A DNA stretch of 64,000 nucleotides from Antedon mediterranea (taxonomy: Eukaryota > Animalia > Echinodermata): assembly GCF_964355755.1 (NCBI RefSeq), contig NC_092674.1, positions 10,230,001-10,294,000 on the forward strand, in the 5' to 3' direction. The notes beneath the pieces are model-generated. The model had not been told where the DNA came from and made no database searches. It worked only from the letters and a program-made list of their open reading frames with translations. The translations under genes and the position numbers were made by a program. Positions 12,865 to 24,393 of this stretch are shown piece by piece (the first letter of the stretch is position 1; each line of letters opens with the position of its first letter).

Positions 12865-15513
12865 CTAAAATTCAATAAAAAAGAATTTATTTTATTCAGT
12901 TGACAACCAACAGCGATGAAACCGCCACTAACAGGTTGAATCTAAACATAATAAAGATTTAAAAATTGTACCCTTAAATACATTTAAATTATCATAAAAT
13001 AAATCAATATCTAAACAAGTTAACAAGCACACTATGAAATGTAAAAGAATAAAAGATCCATTCAATATTTACAATTATTAATACAAACAGCAAAATAACC
13101 AATGCTCTTTTAGAAGACATCCCAACTAAAAAGGGCCAAAATTAATAACGCTAATATTATACAGTTATTTCGTTTGTTGAATTTTTATCTGGCTACCAGT
13201 AGATCTTGGTTTAAATGTTGGGATTATAAATACCATTGGTTCTATTCAATGGCCAGCGCATCATCAAATTTTTTGTCACGTGATAATCCCATAAATAATA
13301 TTTGACACACAAAATCAACTTGCTCTACTGCACCGCTCCTTTTTGTCGTGGCCTAGTTTTTGACATCCAATTCAAACGGAAGCGGCGAGTTTTGTGTTGA
13401 AAGATGAAAACGGAATAAATGAGTAATTTTAATTAAAAAATAACAGTTTAGGGACAGCTATGTTGCAACACAACTAATGAATGTTTTGTATGACCTAATA
13501 ACTGATTAACTACAATTTTAAATTCTACAATTAAAAAATCATTTTTAATGTAATGTATTGTAATTACTATATTTTATCCTGTAATTGGTGTTAACATTGC
13601 TTGAAAGAAATGAAATAAATACATTTTTTAAATAATAATTTTGTTTTATGTTCATGTTCAGTTTACTAAAAATTATTGTTTTTGTGAAGATTCCTACTCG
13701 TTCTGTTTTGAAAGTGACAATCCCCAGGGTACGATGTGTACTGTTGTTGATGGGATGCCACTCCCACGGGAGATACTATCAGCAATTAAATCGTGATTGT
13801 ACTTGAATGCAGATAGTTAATTACTAATTGAATTAATATAGCTAATATTGAAGGCAGACTGGTATATGACCATTTCCATTAGCGATAGAAAGATTTAAAG
13901 TAAACAACATATATTTGTTCACTAAGTGTACTTTAGGCATGTAAGTTTGTGTGTTTTGTTACGTCATTTACGTTGCATTTTATTGCCCTTTCTCTAATAA
14001 GATGTAATCCGTCATGCACAGATTTTATTGTAACGTTATAATCGCATAAACTTTTATTTTAAAAAATAAAATAACATTTTTTTCTTGTGATTTCACATTT
14101 TATCTTTCTTTGCATAATTCAAGCAAGGAATCAAATTAATGCTTGTAAAGATTGGCAACTAATTTAACAGAATTAATTGCCATAGAAATCATGAAACTAA
14201 GACAAAAGTGACTTTAAAATGAATTTAAATTCAAATTCTCTTTGAATGAAAATAATATTCAAATTTAAAATGACTAAAGATACACAGATTGATATTAGAA
14301 CATAATTAGAATATATTTTCCAAGAAACATATTTTTATAGCTTTGTTTATACAATAACTCTAAAATATCTAATATTTAGGTACCAGCAATAAACTGTTTT
14401 TTTATATCAAGTTTCTTTCTTATTATAATTGTTGAGTGGGTCGTTTATTTATTTATTGGGTCAACGTCTTAGTTAAGTCAAAGATGCTCTCCTGAGATGA
14501 GTACAGTACAGTAGTAGTAATTAGTCTTGTTTATTTTATTTCATTTATATGTAATTTTTACTTTCTATGGACCAGAGATTCCGAGATAAAAGATTGAATG
14601 AATGAATGTATTACTATTGTTTGTTCACCATATTTTATATAGTTCATTTTTGTTTTGTTTTAAATTATAAATATTTCACCGAACAATTTGAAATATAATT
14701 ATTAGGGAAAATTGATGTAGCGATTATTAATTTAATCTTGAATTAAATACCAAACTAAAAACAGGAAACTGTTGAATTTCATTTAAAAAAAAAAAAGTTT
14801 CTTGATTATCATAATAACCACATTCTGGTTCTTCCATCTCCCATGAGCCAGTGCAGACGATATTTCAACCAGTTACAATCATGTAGCACCTATTTGCCAT
14901 CACCTACAACTTCCATGAGCTGGCCCACTGGGACGAGTATATCAACTCAAGCGGCCTTTCTCACTTATCTGCAGTGACGTAGGTTCACAATTGCGCATCT
15001 AGGGAATGTATTTTCCTGTTCTCTTATGCCAATAATGTAATCGTAATGCATTTCCAAAAGTGAGGTATTAAACCATAGCAAAGAGACTATTGTAATTTCT
15101 TAATTTTTATGTGATTCTATCAACAAAGAGAAAAAAACCGACATATTTTTTGGATTTAGATTTTATTCTGGACAGTAATTTGACCTCTTGTAACGCTTAA
15201 TTGCAGAAAGGTCATAGTTTGTTAGCAAACATGGGCCTAAGACGCACAATTATTAAAGATGACGCAATAGTTTCTCAGACCATTTTTAAAGTCGCTGATG
15301 GATACGACGGTTAGTTTCAATTTGTATACGTACACCCTGAACATTGATTAAAACTGTTTTAGTATTATTCTAACATCAGAATTTTACGATTTCTTGGCGA
15401 GATCATGCGGATTATGAAAACCGAGCATGCTTAGAATAAAAGATGTCTCCTGCTCATAAACGTGGAATGAAGCTTACAATTAAACAATTTCAAAACATTT
15501 CCAAACTGTTTAC

Positions 15514-15846
15514 CTTTCTGATATCTCGACACGTGGTCTTGGCCTCACAACGGCAACATGGTCTGTAGTACCTGGACATGGCCTACTCATCTTATTGGTC
15601 GATTCCAATTCATCTGGCCGTCTTTCTCGTATAACATTAGGCCATTCCCTTATCTTACTAGGTGCTTTCTGAGTGCTTGATTTACGTGGAATCGATGGCT
15701 GTTTACGTTGTTTGCGATTCGCAGAATTTGACTTATCACTCTTCGCGCTTTGGTCAGACTGTAAACTTGACATACTTGTTACGCTTGATTGCCTTTCAAG
15801 CACTGGCTGTCTTTCTACTCTCGTTTCATCGCACTCATGTGGGGTG
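15514..15846 (-). CDS. AFF-like exon
   Basis: 333 nt, TTTCTTTTTTTCAG acceptor, open frame TPHECDETR...VVRPRPRVEISER, phases fit neighbours. Confidence 0.88.
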
Positions 15847-15916
15847 CTGAAAAAAAGAAATACAGTGGATAGAAAAAAATTTATTGCTAAATTACGAACT
15901 AAATTTCATTTAAATA

Positions 15917-15997
15917 CAGTAGAAATCATCCTTTGAGATACCCCTATTCAGAGGACACTTTGTTGGGTCCCGGAGGTGTCTCCTTTAACGATTCTAC
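15917..15997. mobile_element. Short Tc1/pogo-like MITE fragment (family also at about 10423-10522, 33965-34123, 36300-36445, 37075-37232, 48835-48856)
   Basis: TA-CAGTAGAA start and recurring CCCCTATTCAGRGGACAC...GGGTCCC...GGTGTCYCYTTAA...TTCTAC motifs at several loci. Confidence 0.6.
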
Positions 15998-16059
15998 AAT
16001 ATATTTTGAAATACAATGTAAAGTGAACCACATCAATCACAGCAGTAATGTGAACCAAC

Positions 16060-16136
16060 CTATATCCCTCAGTTCTTGGCGATTTCGATTTCGTTATTAA
16101 TTTTGGTTTCTTGACTCCAACACGCTGCCGCTCCTC
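16060..16136 (-). CDS. AFF-like exon (basic, NLS-like)
   Basis: 77 nt, T-tract CGCAG acceptor, GTTGGT donor. Encodes EERQRVGVKKPKLITKSKSPRTEGY and is needed to bridge phase 0 to phase 2. Confidence 0.82.
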
Positions 16137-16243
16137 CTGCGAAAAAAAAAATTGTTAAGCGGAGTTTCAATTTTTTTGTGATGCTAAATACAAAGAAAAT
16201 GCTCCAAAGCAAATGATGACTACTGTATACATTTTTTATAAAT

Positions 16244-16430
16244 GTAGTGGAGGTGTAGCTTGGTGGTTAACATGCTTGCCTTCCAATCTCAAGGTTCAGG
16301 GTTCAATCCTGACCTAGTGCCTCGCAACTCTTTCAACTTCACTCCTAAAGCCTCAAAGGAGGCTTACTGTAGTTTATAAGCACAATTAATTATATATTAG
16401 AAAATAGATTATCTATCCTGTAATTGGAAA
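16244..16430 (+). mobile_element. tRNA(Gly-like)-derived SINE; second copy at 51415-51593 on the minus strand
   Basis: A box TAGCTTGGTGG, GCCTTCCAA anticodon-arm-like segment, B box GGTTCAATCC, then a tRNA-unrelated tail shared with the 51.5-kb copy. Confidence 0.7.
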
Positions 16431-16610
16431 GTTACATAGAAGAAAGAGAGAAAATTCTTAAAGGGCCTGAGAACAATAAATAAAACACATACTACAGTAT
16501 ATGCAGATTAAAGTATAGTTTAAAAAAAAAATGTGTTTATACATTGATTCCTATGAACCAATAATTTCCTATAAATATAAAAATAAAATATTCCTATAAA
16601 GTATACTCAC

Positions 16611-17828
16611 AATTTCAGTGATTGGTTCTGGCTTTCGTTTCTGTACCCTGACAGACGACACTGGTTTTGGTTCCTCGCGGTACACAGACTGATCATTGCT
16701 ATCCTCGTCATGTGTTTCATTTATTTTTCGTGGAATGTTATCCAAATTTTCGAGATCAAACTTCACAACTAATGATGGATTTCCATCCTCTTTGTAGACT
16801 ATGTGTGACCTCGATGGAGCACTTTCAGAGATGTTAAATATTGATGCTGAACTGCTTTTAATAGGTGATAAAATTTGCTCTGTAATTTCTTTATTAAATA
16901 TTTCTTCTGTAGTCCGATTTGGTTTCTTTAATTTTGTAGAACTCGATTTTTCTTTGTTAGTCCGAGGTTTGTTCACCTTATGTGAAGATTTTTTACTACC
17001 CTGGCTATTTTTCTTACTTTCGAGACGTTCTGGACTTCTCGATTCCGACGACACATGAGAAACTGCCGGACTGTGCGAAACACCGGGGCTCCGTGAAACT
17101 ACCGGGCTGTGTGAAACATTCAATTTGTGACCAGAGCTATTACGAGATTTCTGCGGTTGTGGCGCAGCACAAACTCTGTCTGATACGTTATCATCGTCAC
17201 TTTCGCTACTGGTGCCCACAAACTCTGGAGTGGCATATTTTTCTTTTACTGGTGCCACTTTTTTCTTTGATTTAACGCTTTTGTTATTTGGTTCAACTTT
17301 TGAATTTTTTACTTTCTTATTTTCTGGTTTCCCATGTGATTTGACGGGAGTAATTGTCTGTTTTGTGGTATTTTTTGTTGTGCTACTTGGGATAGGTTTT
17401 GAGCTAGGCTTAGATTTCTTTGGTAGACTTTTCTGTTTTCCGCCTTTTTGTTTCTCTTTATTTTGTTCCTTTCTCTCTTTTATTTGTTCCTTTCTTGGAG
17501 CAACTGTTGGGTTGCTCGTTTTGGTGTTGGAGCTCGATTTGTGCACAGTTTTCTCTGATTTAAGAGTTGGTGTTTTTGCTTTTTCAGACAAATCCCTAAA
17601 TGATTCTAAATGATCATACGTTTTGTTGAAACTACCCTTATTTACGCCACTATCTGGTGGTGGTAATTCAAAGGTACCAAATCCACTTGGAGATTTTGTT
17701 TGGCGAATATCTTGCTCTGGGAAAAATCGAGGACCATTTGAAGTAGAGATTGTCTGAGCGGCTCCTGGAGATTTATTCTGTTCAGTTTGCAATCTTTGAA
17801 CGTACTGTACTAACGACCATTTTCCAGG
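16611..17828 (-). CDS. AFF-like large exon (Lys/Ser-rich region with AF9/ENL-binding motif)
   Basis: 1218 nt, phase 0/0. Begins PGKWSLVQYV (compare AFF KWxLxxW) and contains EQILSPIK and LVVKFDLENLDNIP (16772-16731), matching the AF4-family LxVKIxLxLLxRIP motif. Confidence 0.93.
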
Positions 17829-17896
17829 CTGAAAACAATAAAGACAAAAATAACAAAATTTCTTAGGTTTTGTACGTTGATTGACATAAAAAAAAA

Positions 17897-18014
17897 ACAC
17901 TATCAAACATTATGTGACAAAAAATGTGATGTGCCCATGGACATGATGTCATACCTCTACCATATTTGGGCATATCACACTTTTTTGTCGAACTAGTTTG
18001 ATGTGTAGATAGCT
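17897..18014. mobile_element. Palindromic MITE copy (AGCTCTGTCTACAC family), inverted relative to the 24227 copy
   Basis: ACACTATCAAAC...TGTGATGTGCCCA...CTACCATATTTGGGCATATCACAC...AGTTTGATGTGTAGATAGCT. Confidence 0.7.
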
Positions 18015-18348
18015 TTAAATACACATAATTTGCCTTGCTTTTAATGGCAGGTGATATCTGATTCATTGCTTTTTTTTCATTCGTTCATCCATTCTTTTTC
18101 TTTTACTTTTTTTTAATTATTTGTTTTATTCTTCTCGCACTCACCGTCACTTCACTCAAGTTAGATTCACTTTAGATTAATTGTCTAAAAAATCCACTCC
18201 TCAACACATTCAGGTGTGGTGAAGGTGTGCTGCTTGTATCATGGTGTATAAAAGTTTATCAAAGTGTGTTGTAAGTGGCACACCTTAAGGGCGTTTTCGG
18301 TGAGTGTTAGGGAAGGCAAAAGACTGTTTGCTTAATTTATTTTCTTAC

Positions 18349-18463
18349 CTTTAGTTGTTCATTAGTTTCTTCTTCTTCGGATACGTCACTATCACTACTC
18401 TCACTCTCAGAGCTCTCTGATTCGCTTGAGCTACCACTGCTTGAACTTAAAGCTCGCTTCATA
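18349..18463 (-). CDS. AFF-like exon (Ser/acidic-rich region)
   Basis: 115 nt, TTACAG acceptor, GTAAGA donor. Encodes MKRALSSSSGSSSESESSESESSDSDVSEEEETNEQLK, the AFF poly-Ser tract that precedes the KWxL motif. Confidence 0.9.
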
Positions 18464-20315
18464 CTGTAATGAACAATAAAAAATCATAAATTAAAATTGT
18501 TTGAAAAATGGGAAAAAAACTAATGATAACCAATAAACAGTATCATTTTTTTAAATGATAGTAGAATTCAACATAAAAACAAATAACAAAAACAAGAACA
18601 CAAATTAATTAATCAGAAACAGAACTTCAACATAACATGTGTTAACAGAATGTGCAATTTTAAACCAAGTTATGAGACTATTCAAATGATACATTTTGAA
18701 GGGACATCTTTATCATTAGTGACATTTCCCTATTAGATGCAATATATACATTAAGCCAATGTCCCTATTACAGGGAAATGTTGGCTTTTAATATGAGTTT
18801 TATGTCATCATCTTGTACACCTTTGATGTAGACTTGTCACTTTCAATATAAACTGATAAACTTTCAATTTTTTAGTTCCAAAGCAACATTTGTTTTCAAA
18901 ATTTTTCAATTCTGCTAAAAATATCTATCAAAGGAATACTTATGTATCTAAGGTGCCACTATTCAAACTTTAATGTTGTCAACTTATTTATCCATACTGG
19001 GAATACTAATTACTGAATGTTAGAAAAATGTCACTACAAGGAGTTCCATATTGTCACAGTTAACTTTGTCACCTATTTAAAGCAAACATGAATTCAAAGG
19101 GACAACCATGTTTATCAGGTGTCATTTAGGACCTATTCAACCTACAGGTAATACAAGAGTGCAATTTGTCTGTTCTTTAGTGGATGTTGTTGTTCAGATC
19201 ACCTGTAAACATTACCACCTGCTACCTCTTTGACATGTTACTAATCCAGATAACAGTCCAACTTCCTGTTTTGGGATATTACTTGGTTTCAACAAGTGTT
19301 CCTTTTTCTGCTTATCATTTATTAATCTGATCTCATTTTTCATTTTTTAATGATATAAAATATTTTATATTTAGGTTACATCCATTACTATGGGTGTTAT
19401 TTTCCCCCCAATTTCCTGAGCTACTTTGTGACATTCTTTGTGTCATGTTAATCCAATAATGTATTCTTAATTTGGTTAAGGTCAGGGTTAGAAATTAATT
19501 GTTTTATTAAATTATTTGTGACAATCTTGAAGATATGGCAACCCGAAATGTATGAGAATCAAAAAAGATAAAGCTATGATAATCCAATCCTTTATTTTCC
19601 TGAGACTATACTTCATCATATACTGTATTCTTCAGTAACTATGTGATTTTCCAAGCTACAAAAGATCACTTTCAAATGGTCTATAATAAAATAATTTAAT
19701 TGTATGCAAACATGCATAAATAAACCTGTGTGAATACGGCAGCTACCGACCATCAGGCTGTATTGTCTAAATTTAGTAAGTACAATATAAAACTTACCAT
19801 AAACCACATGTTCAAATTATTCAAATAAATATTTTTCAGCTGAATTAAATTTGCTTCTAAAATTAATCTATTCTATTTCACTGCCCTTCTAATATTCATT
19901 TAAGTATAACAATTTATATTATTATATAGTATTATAATTTATAACTTAATTGGCCCAGCCGTAGAAGTGAAGGCTTGTCTCATGAGAAATAAAGAAGTTA
20001 GAATAAATTGAAATAAACGAAGCAACAAAATTAAAGAAGTCTGAGTCTGTAATAGGATGAATCTATTTTTAGCACTTAAAAAATCCTTTACGGATTTAAA
20101 ATAACAAGGCTTTATTCTAATGATATCAGTATTTTTGTAACAAAAGCAAACATCCATATTATCGGCCTAAAAATGCTCAAGTGTAGGAGAGACATCAGAC
20201 ACTAAAGCCCAGTTCACTTAGTGTTTAGATTCTTTACAGCCAGCATAATCAGCCTAATGGAATATGAACATTTCACCAAAACCATGGATAACGCTTGAAA
20301 CAAAAATACTTCATT

Positions 20316-20384
20316 AGGGCCTGTTCAGACCTACAGAATATGCTTTCATATCATCAAAGCATACAACTCCATAGGTCTGAACCA
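20316..20384. mobile_element. Small hairpin MITE (second copy at about 52751-52825)
   Basis: GTTCAGACCTA...TAGGTCTGAAC inverted ends; a related inverted copy lies at 52.8 kb. Confidence 0.5.
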
Positions 20385-21584
20385 GAAAAAGATTAGTGGA
20401 AGCCACTTCTTACGACACTGATCTTTCGTTTGTTTGTTACGACAGCTCAAGGTACAGTACAAGATTAGTGAATGACGCTTACAATTGGAAAGTCAACGAT
20501 TTTGACCTCCAATCAATAAAATTTACTCTTGCATACAAATCGATGACACTTCACTGTCTAACGAAAGCGTTAGTTAAGCGAGTCTGAACACTTTGCTGCT
20601 ACGACGACGCATTGCTTGCAATACGAAATGGATCCCTTAACCTTAGTAAGGAACTGCATTAATCATGTACCCATTTTTACTCGAGTCCTAGAAGAAGACT
20701 ATATCTTTACTCATTGATATTCTTCATATAAAGCTAATGTACGCAGTGAGTGATTCACACTTCTCCAATCTCAGTAAACAAAAAAAACCTATATGATGAT
20801 TTATTTATCATTGATCGAATAAACATGACTCTGAAATGAGTTCCTGTACATACATGTTGAATCAATTTAGTATACTCTAACAATATGACAACACACAGCA
20901 GTGTGATTAATAATAATATCCTTGGCATTTGATCAAATTTAGCAACTAATTTATGAATAATAGAGCTGACACTTGGCTGTAACAATCTAAATTTTAGATT
21001 TATTGAGAAACTACAAAAAATTACAATTCGAAACTTTGGAACTTTGCTTTTTTTTTTGTTATTGTTTCAAATAAAAACAATATATATAGAATGAAAAAAA
21101 ATGCTACGATTTTTTTTAATGGTTCCAAAAAAAGGTATAAAATTAAGAAAAGGAAAAACCGAAATTGTTTTGTTTATCTCTTATAAGGTAAAGTTCATAC
21201 AGCCGGATACAAATACTGCAGTTCCTGGCTAGCATTAAATGCAATAAAAACAAAACAACACATGTGCAATATTGAAAGCACAACACACAAAAATATGAAT
21301 CATGATGATAAGGTATATACAAGTGGACAGAAACCGTAAACAAAATAATGCACATTTGGATTCATTTTTTTTCTTTTTGCAATAATTTGTTACTAATAAA
21401 TCATTTAGACATTCTTTTAGGGGGACACTTGAGTATCTTAATGATGTCCCCAGGTTATTGTATTATTTTCTAAGGCAAACTTATACTTTATTTAACAGTA
21501 ACTTTATTTGTACAGTTGCAGATATGTTCTTGTATGTTTAATTTAGTAGTTTGAAAGCTGTATATAGAAATTATAAAAATGGAA

Positions 21585-21665
21585 TTGGAGGAAATCGAAC
21601 CAAGACCCACAGATCTTCTGTTTAATATGCAGGCATCCATTCTACCAATAGACCATTGGTACTCT
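21585..21665 (-). mobile_element. Degenerate tRNA-derived SINE head
   Basis: Minus strand has A-box-like TGGTCTATTGG and B-box-like GGTTCGATTTCC, with no intact cloverleaf. Confidence 0.4.
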
Positions 21666-22251
21666 CCACCATACAATTGTCAGAAGCTATTAAAACGAAA
21701 TTGTCCGTCAACTTGGAAACTAACTATTTATGTTTACTTTTGGATTTAAGGTTGTTTTCCTTAGAATTAAATATAAAATCAGTTTAACTCAAAAATTATA
21801 AAGAAAGCAAAATATGGACAAACAACATTAATAGAATTACACAGTGAGTTATTCACTTTTTAATATGCAAACGGAAGAAAAAAAAAATGTTTTGTGGTCT
21901 GTAAATTATTTTCATTCATATCATTTATACATTAGGATATAGTACATGACACATTGCTGACTTCCTGACTTTCAGTTCACTTGTCAACATAACACAAATA
22001 TATAAAACTCTTGAATTTTGAATGAGAGATGCGTGTATAACTAATGAGAAATAACAAAAAAATTTGATCTTTCGATTTTTGATGAATCGAATTCAAGGTT
22101 TGCTGTAACTATATAAAAATAAGACAAATAATTTAGTAATTTAGTGAACATTTTTATTCCTAGTAGTAAATGTTAAAATCATTGTATTTGATACCTAAAA
22201 CTTTTTGTTTTTAAATTTCTTTGCGAATGGCTATCAATATCATAGAGATTA

Positions 22252-22381
22252 TTGAGGTTTGCATGGCGAAATCAAATGTTGATTTAAGTTTTGCGGTACA
22301 CCACGTATGTTAGTTCTCCTAAGACGATCAAAGCATATTGATCGAAACGTCGAGAAACTCAACAGTTCTTTTCAGAACTAA
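22252..22381 (+). mobile_element. Hammerhead-ribozyme-bearing short element, copy A (3'-truncated)
   Basis: Shares TTGA(A)GGTTTGCATGGCGAAAT with copies B and D. Contains TTCTC-CT(-)AAGA-C-GATCAA-AGCATA-TTGATC-GAAA-CGTC-GAGAA (22314-22356). Confidence 0.75.
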
Positions 22382-22967
22382 CAACAACAATCATCAATTA
22401 ATAATATAAATATAATATTATAACTATAACGAATTAGGATGACTATAACGAGGCATTTAATAAAAAGGCAAATTGCCTTAAAATGTAAATGTGACATGTT
22501 TCGAGAAACTATTCTCATCATCAGAACAGTAGTGCTTTTATACCAATAGGACATATTACTATAACGAACATTTAACATTTTAGTATATTTTTGTTGATTC
22601 AAGAAATAATTCCCAACTAATAAGGGAAGGGTGTGAGCAGAAGACAAAGATAAGATAATTAATGTGGATGACAAATGTATTAATTTTTTCTATATCATGA
22701 ATAAATGATATTATGTATTAGTATCACAGTGTAATAATTGAATGTATGAAAAAGAAATACAAAAAAAGATGCATGATAAATTGACTGTAATACGAATAGT
22801 ATACTTCAATCAAATTAATTTGCCAATGTTGTGTTATTATAAGCAGAAACGGAAATCTGTTCATTTCAGTCAAGCCAACGACGACAGGTGTCAACAAAAA
22901 TGTTTTAAAAGATTTGAAAGTTTAACAAAAGAAAACAAAAACCTGTCCTTTTAATATCCAATCATGT

Positions 22968-23146
22968 TGATATAAAGTTTACGGTACACAACGTATATTA
23001 GTTCTGAAAAGACGTTTCGATCAATATGCTTTAATCGTCCTCAGGAGTGAGAATGAAGAAAGTCCAGGAGAAACTAAAATGCGTGGTGAACGTACCGCAA
23101 ACTTTATATCAACATTTTATTTCGCCATGCAAACCTTCAAATAATA
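22968..23146 (-). mobile_element. Hammerhead-ribozyme-bearing short element, copy B (Penelope pLTR-like or retrozyme-like), with 16-bp TSD
   Basis: Flanked by the direct repeat TAATATCCAATCATGT (22952-22967 and 23147-23162). An internal inverted repeat of about 30 bp encloses the ribozyme core. Confidence 0.8.
23011..23044 (-). ncRNA. Minimal type I hammerhead ribozyme core (Penelope-like variant)
   Basis: Minus strand reads CUGAGGA-C-GAUUAA-AGCAUA-UUGAUC-GAAA-CG-UC: intact CUGANGA and GAAA boxes, 6-bp stem II, palindromic ACGU helix III and a GUC cleavage triplet. The 3' strand of helix I is deleted in this copy. Confidence 0.75.
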
Positions 23147-24226
23147 TAATATCCAATCATGTAATGTGTTTTAATATTAAAAATCTCATACGAGTATCAT
23201 AATGCTGGTATATATTCATTGTGGCATGTTTGTAGTAAATAAATGTGTACACGTTTCTGCAATATTGATATTTATTGGTAAAACAATAGCTTTATATAAA
23301 TTTATTTCATCAATAACTGTCATTGTTTTATTTATAACAGTAATTCTAGCACAGATTTGCCAGTGCTAGGATTTAGTAATGTTGAAAGATAATATCAGGT
23401 GGTCACAGAATCAGTTGCCCGGGGTCCTGTGGCCACCACAAATTTACACTGGGCAACTAAATTTATAAAGGTCTGACCCAACAGGCAACCTAATAAAATC
23501 CTTTACCACCAATTTAACACAAGTTGGTCTGACTTTCTGATTACAAATCTTTACTAGTTTACAGTGAAACAACAAAAATATGGGGCAACCAAACCTTCCT
23601 TTATTTTAAATTGGGTAAATGTTTGGAAATAAGTTACAGTATGGAATTTTAAATAAAAAATTTATACATTTGCTACAATTGCAGAATTAACTTCTGCTAT
23701 AAATTATATGATAGATAACTGTTACAGGGCGAATACTCTTCATATTCATTGATTTAAAAAAAAACTGTAAGGGAAATATCCCTAAATTTATGAATAGGAA
23801 TTATCTGTATAAACAGTATACAGTATCTCAATAAAACCTGAAAAATACTAGATACTGTTGTTATAGTTTACAGAATGCAGCAGCACATGAACATGTTATA
23901 AACAGCTCATTTTATTTTTGATAAATTACATTGTCAACGTTCTTCATTACAAAATGAACGGATCAATCATATTTTTTTGTAGAAAACTATTGTACACTCT
24001 CTAATGTTACCAATATACACACACAGTGGTAAACTAAAAATAGAATCATAACTGATATAAGGTTAATTCAGCTGTACAGGAAGTCTTTAGTTCTCTTGAA
24101 CAACCAAGAAAAGACATCATGTGCAATACAAGAAAGTAAGCTAACCAACAAGACTGATTAGGATATAGCAGGGTTATTTATAACTTACCGTATACGTAGC
24201 ATATAAATAACAGCTAATATGTTTAA

Positions 24227-24393
24227 AGCTCTGTCTACACTATCAAACTAATTTGACAAAAAAATTGTGAAGTGCCCAAATATGGTAGTGATAATGATAT
24301 GCTTAAATATGGTAGTGAAATGACATAAATCATGTCTATATATGGGCACATCACATGTTTTTCACATACATTTTTTTTAGTGTAGACAGAGCT
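24227..24393. mobile_element. Palindromic MITE, most complete copy (Harbinger-like termini)
   Basis: TAA-AGCTCTGTCTACACTA...TAGTGTAGACAGAGCT-TTA perfect terminal inverted repeat, with two internal AAATATGGTAGTGA units. Confidence 0.8.

Noticed and set aside
16244-16320. tRNA-Gly gene (also tRNA-like segments at about 6740, 21600, 41345, 51550 and 63640)
   Set aside because: No intact cloverleaf or acceptor stem, and some continue into shared non-tRNA tails, so they are SINE heads or decayed fragments.
16801-17613. Plus-strand ORFs antisense to the large AFF exon (likewise those opposite the transposase)
   Set aside because: Shadow ORFs of biased coding sequence with no independent features.
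18139-18348. Strong donor-like site ACG|GTGAGT at about 18144 as an alternative exon end
   Set aside because: Extending the upstream exon hits an in-frame TAA after three codons, and the nearest acceptor gives a 40-nt frameshifting exon with a stop.
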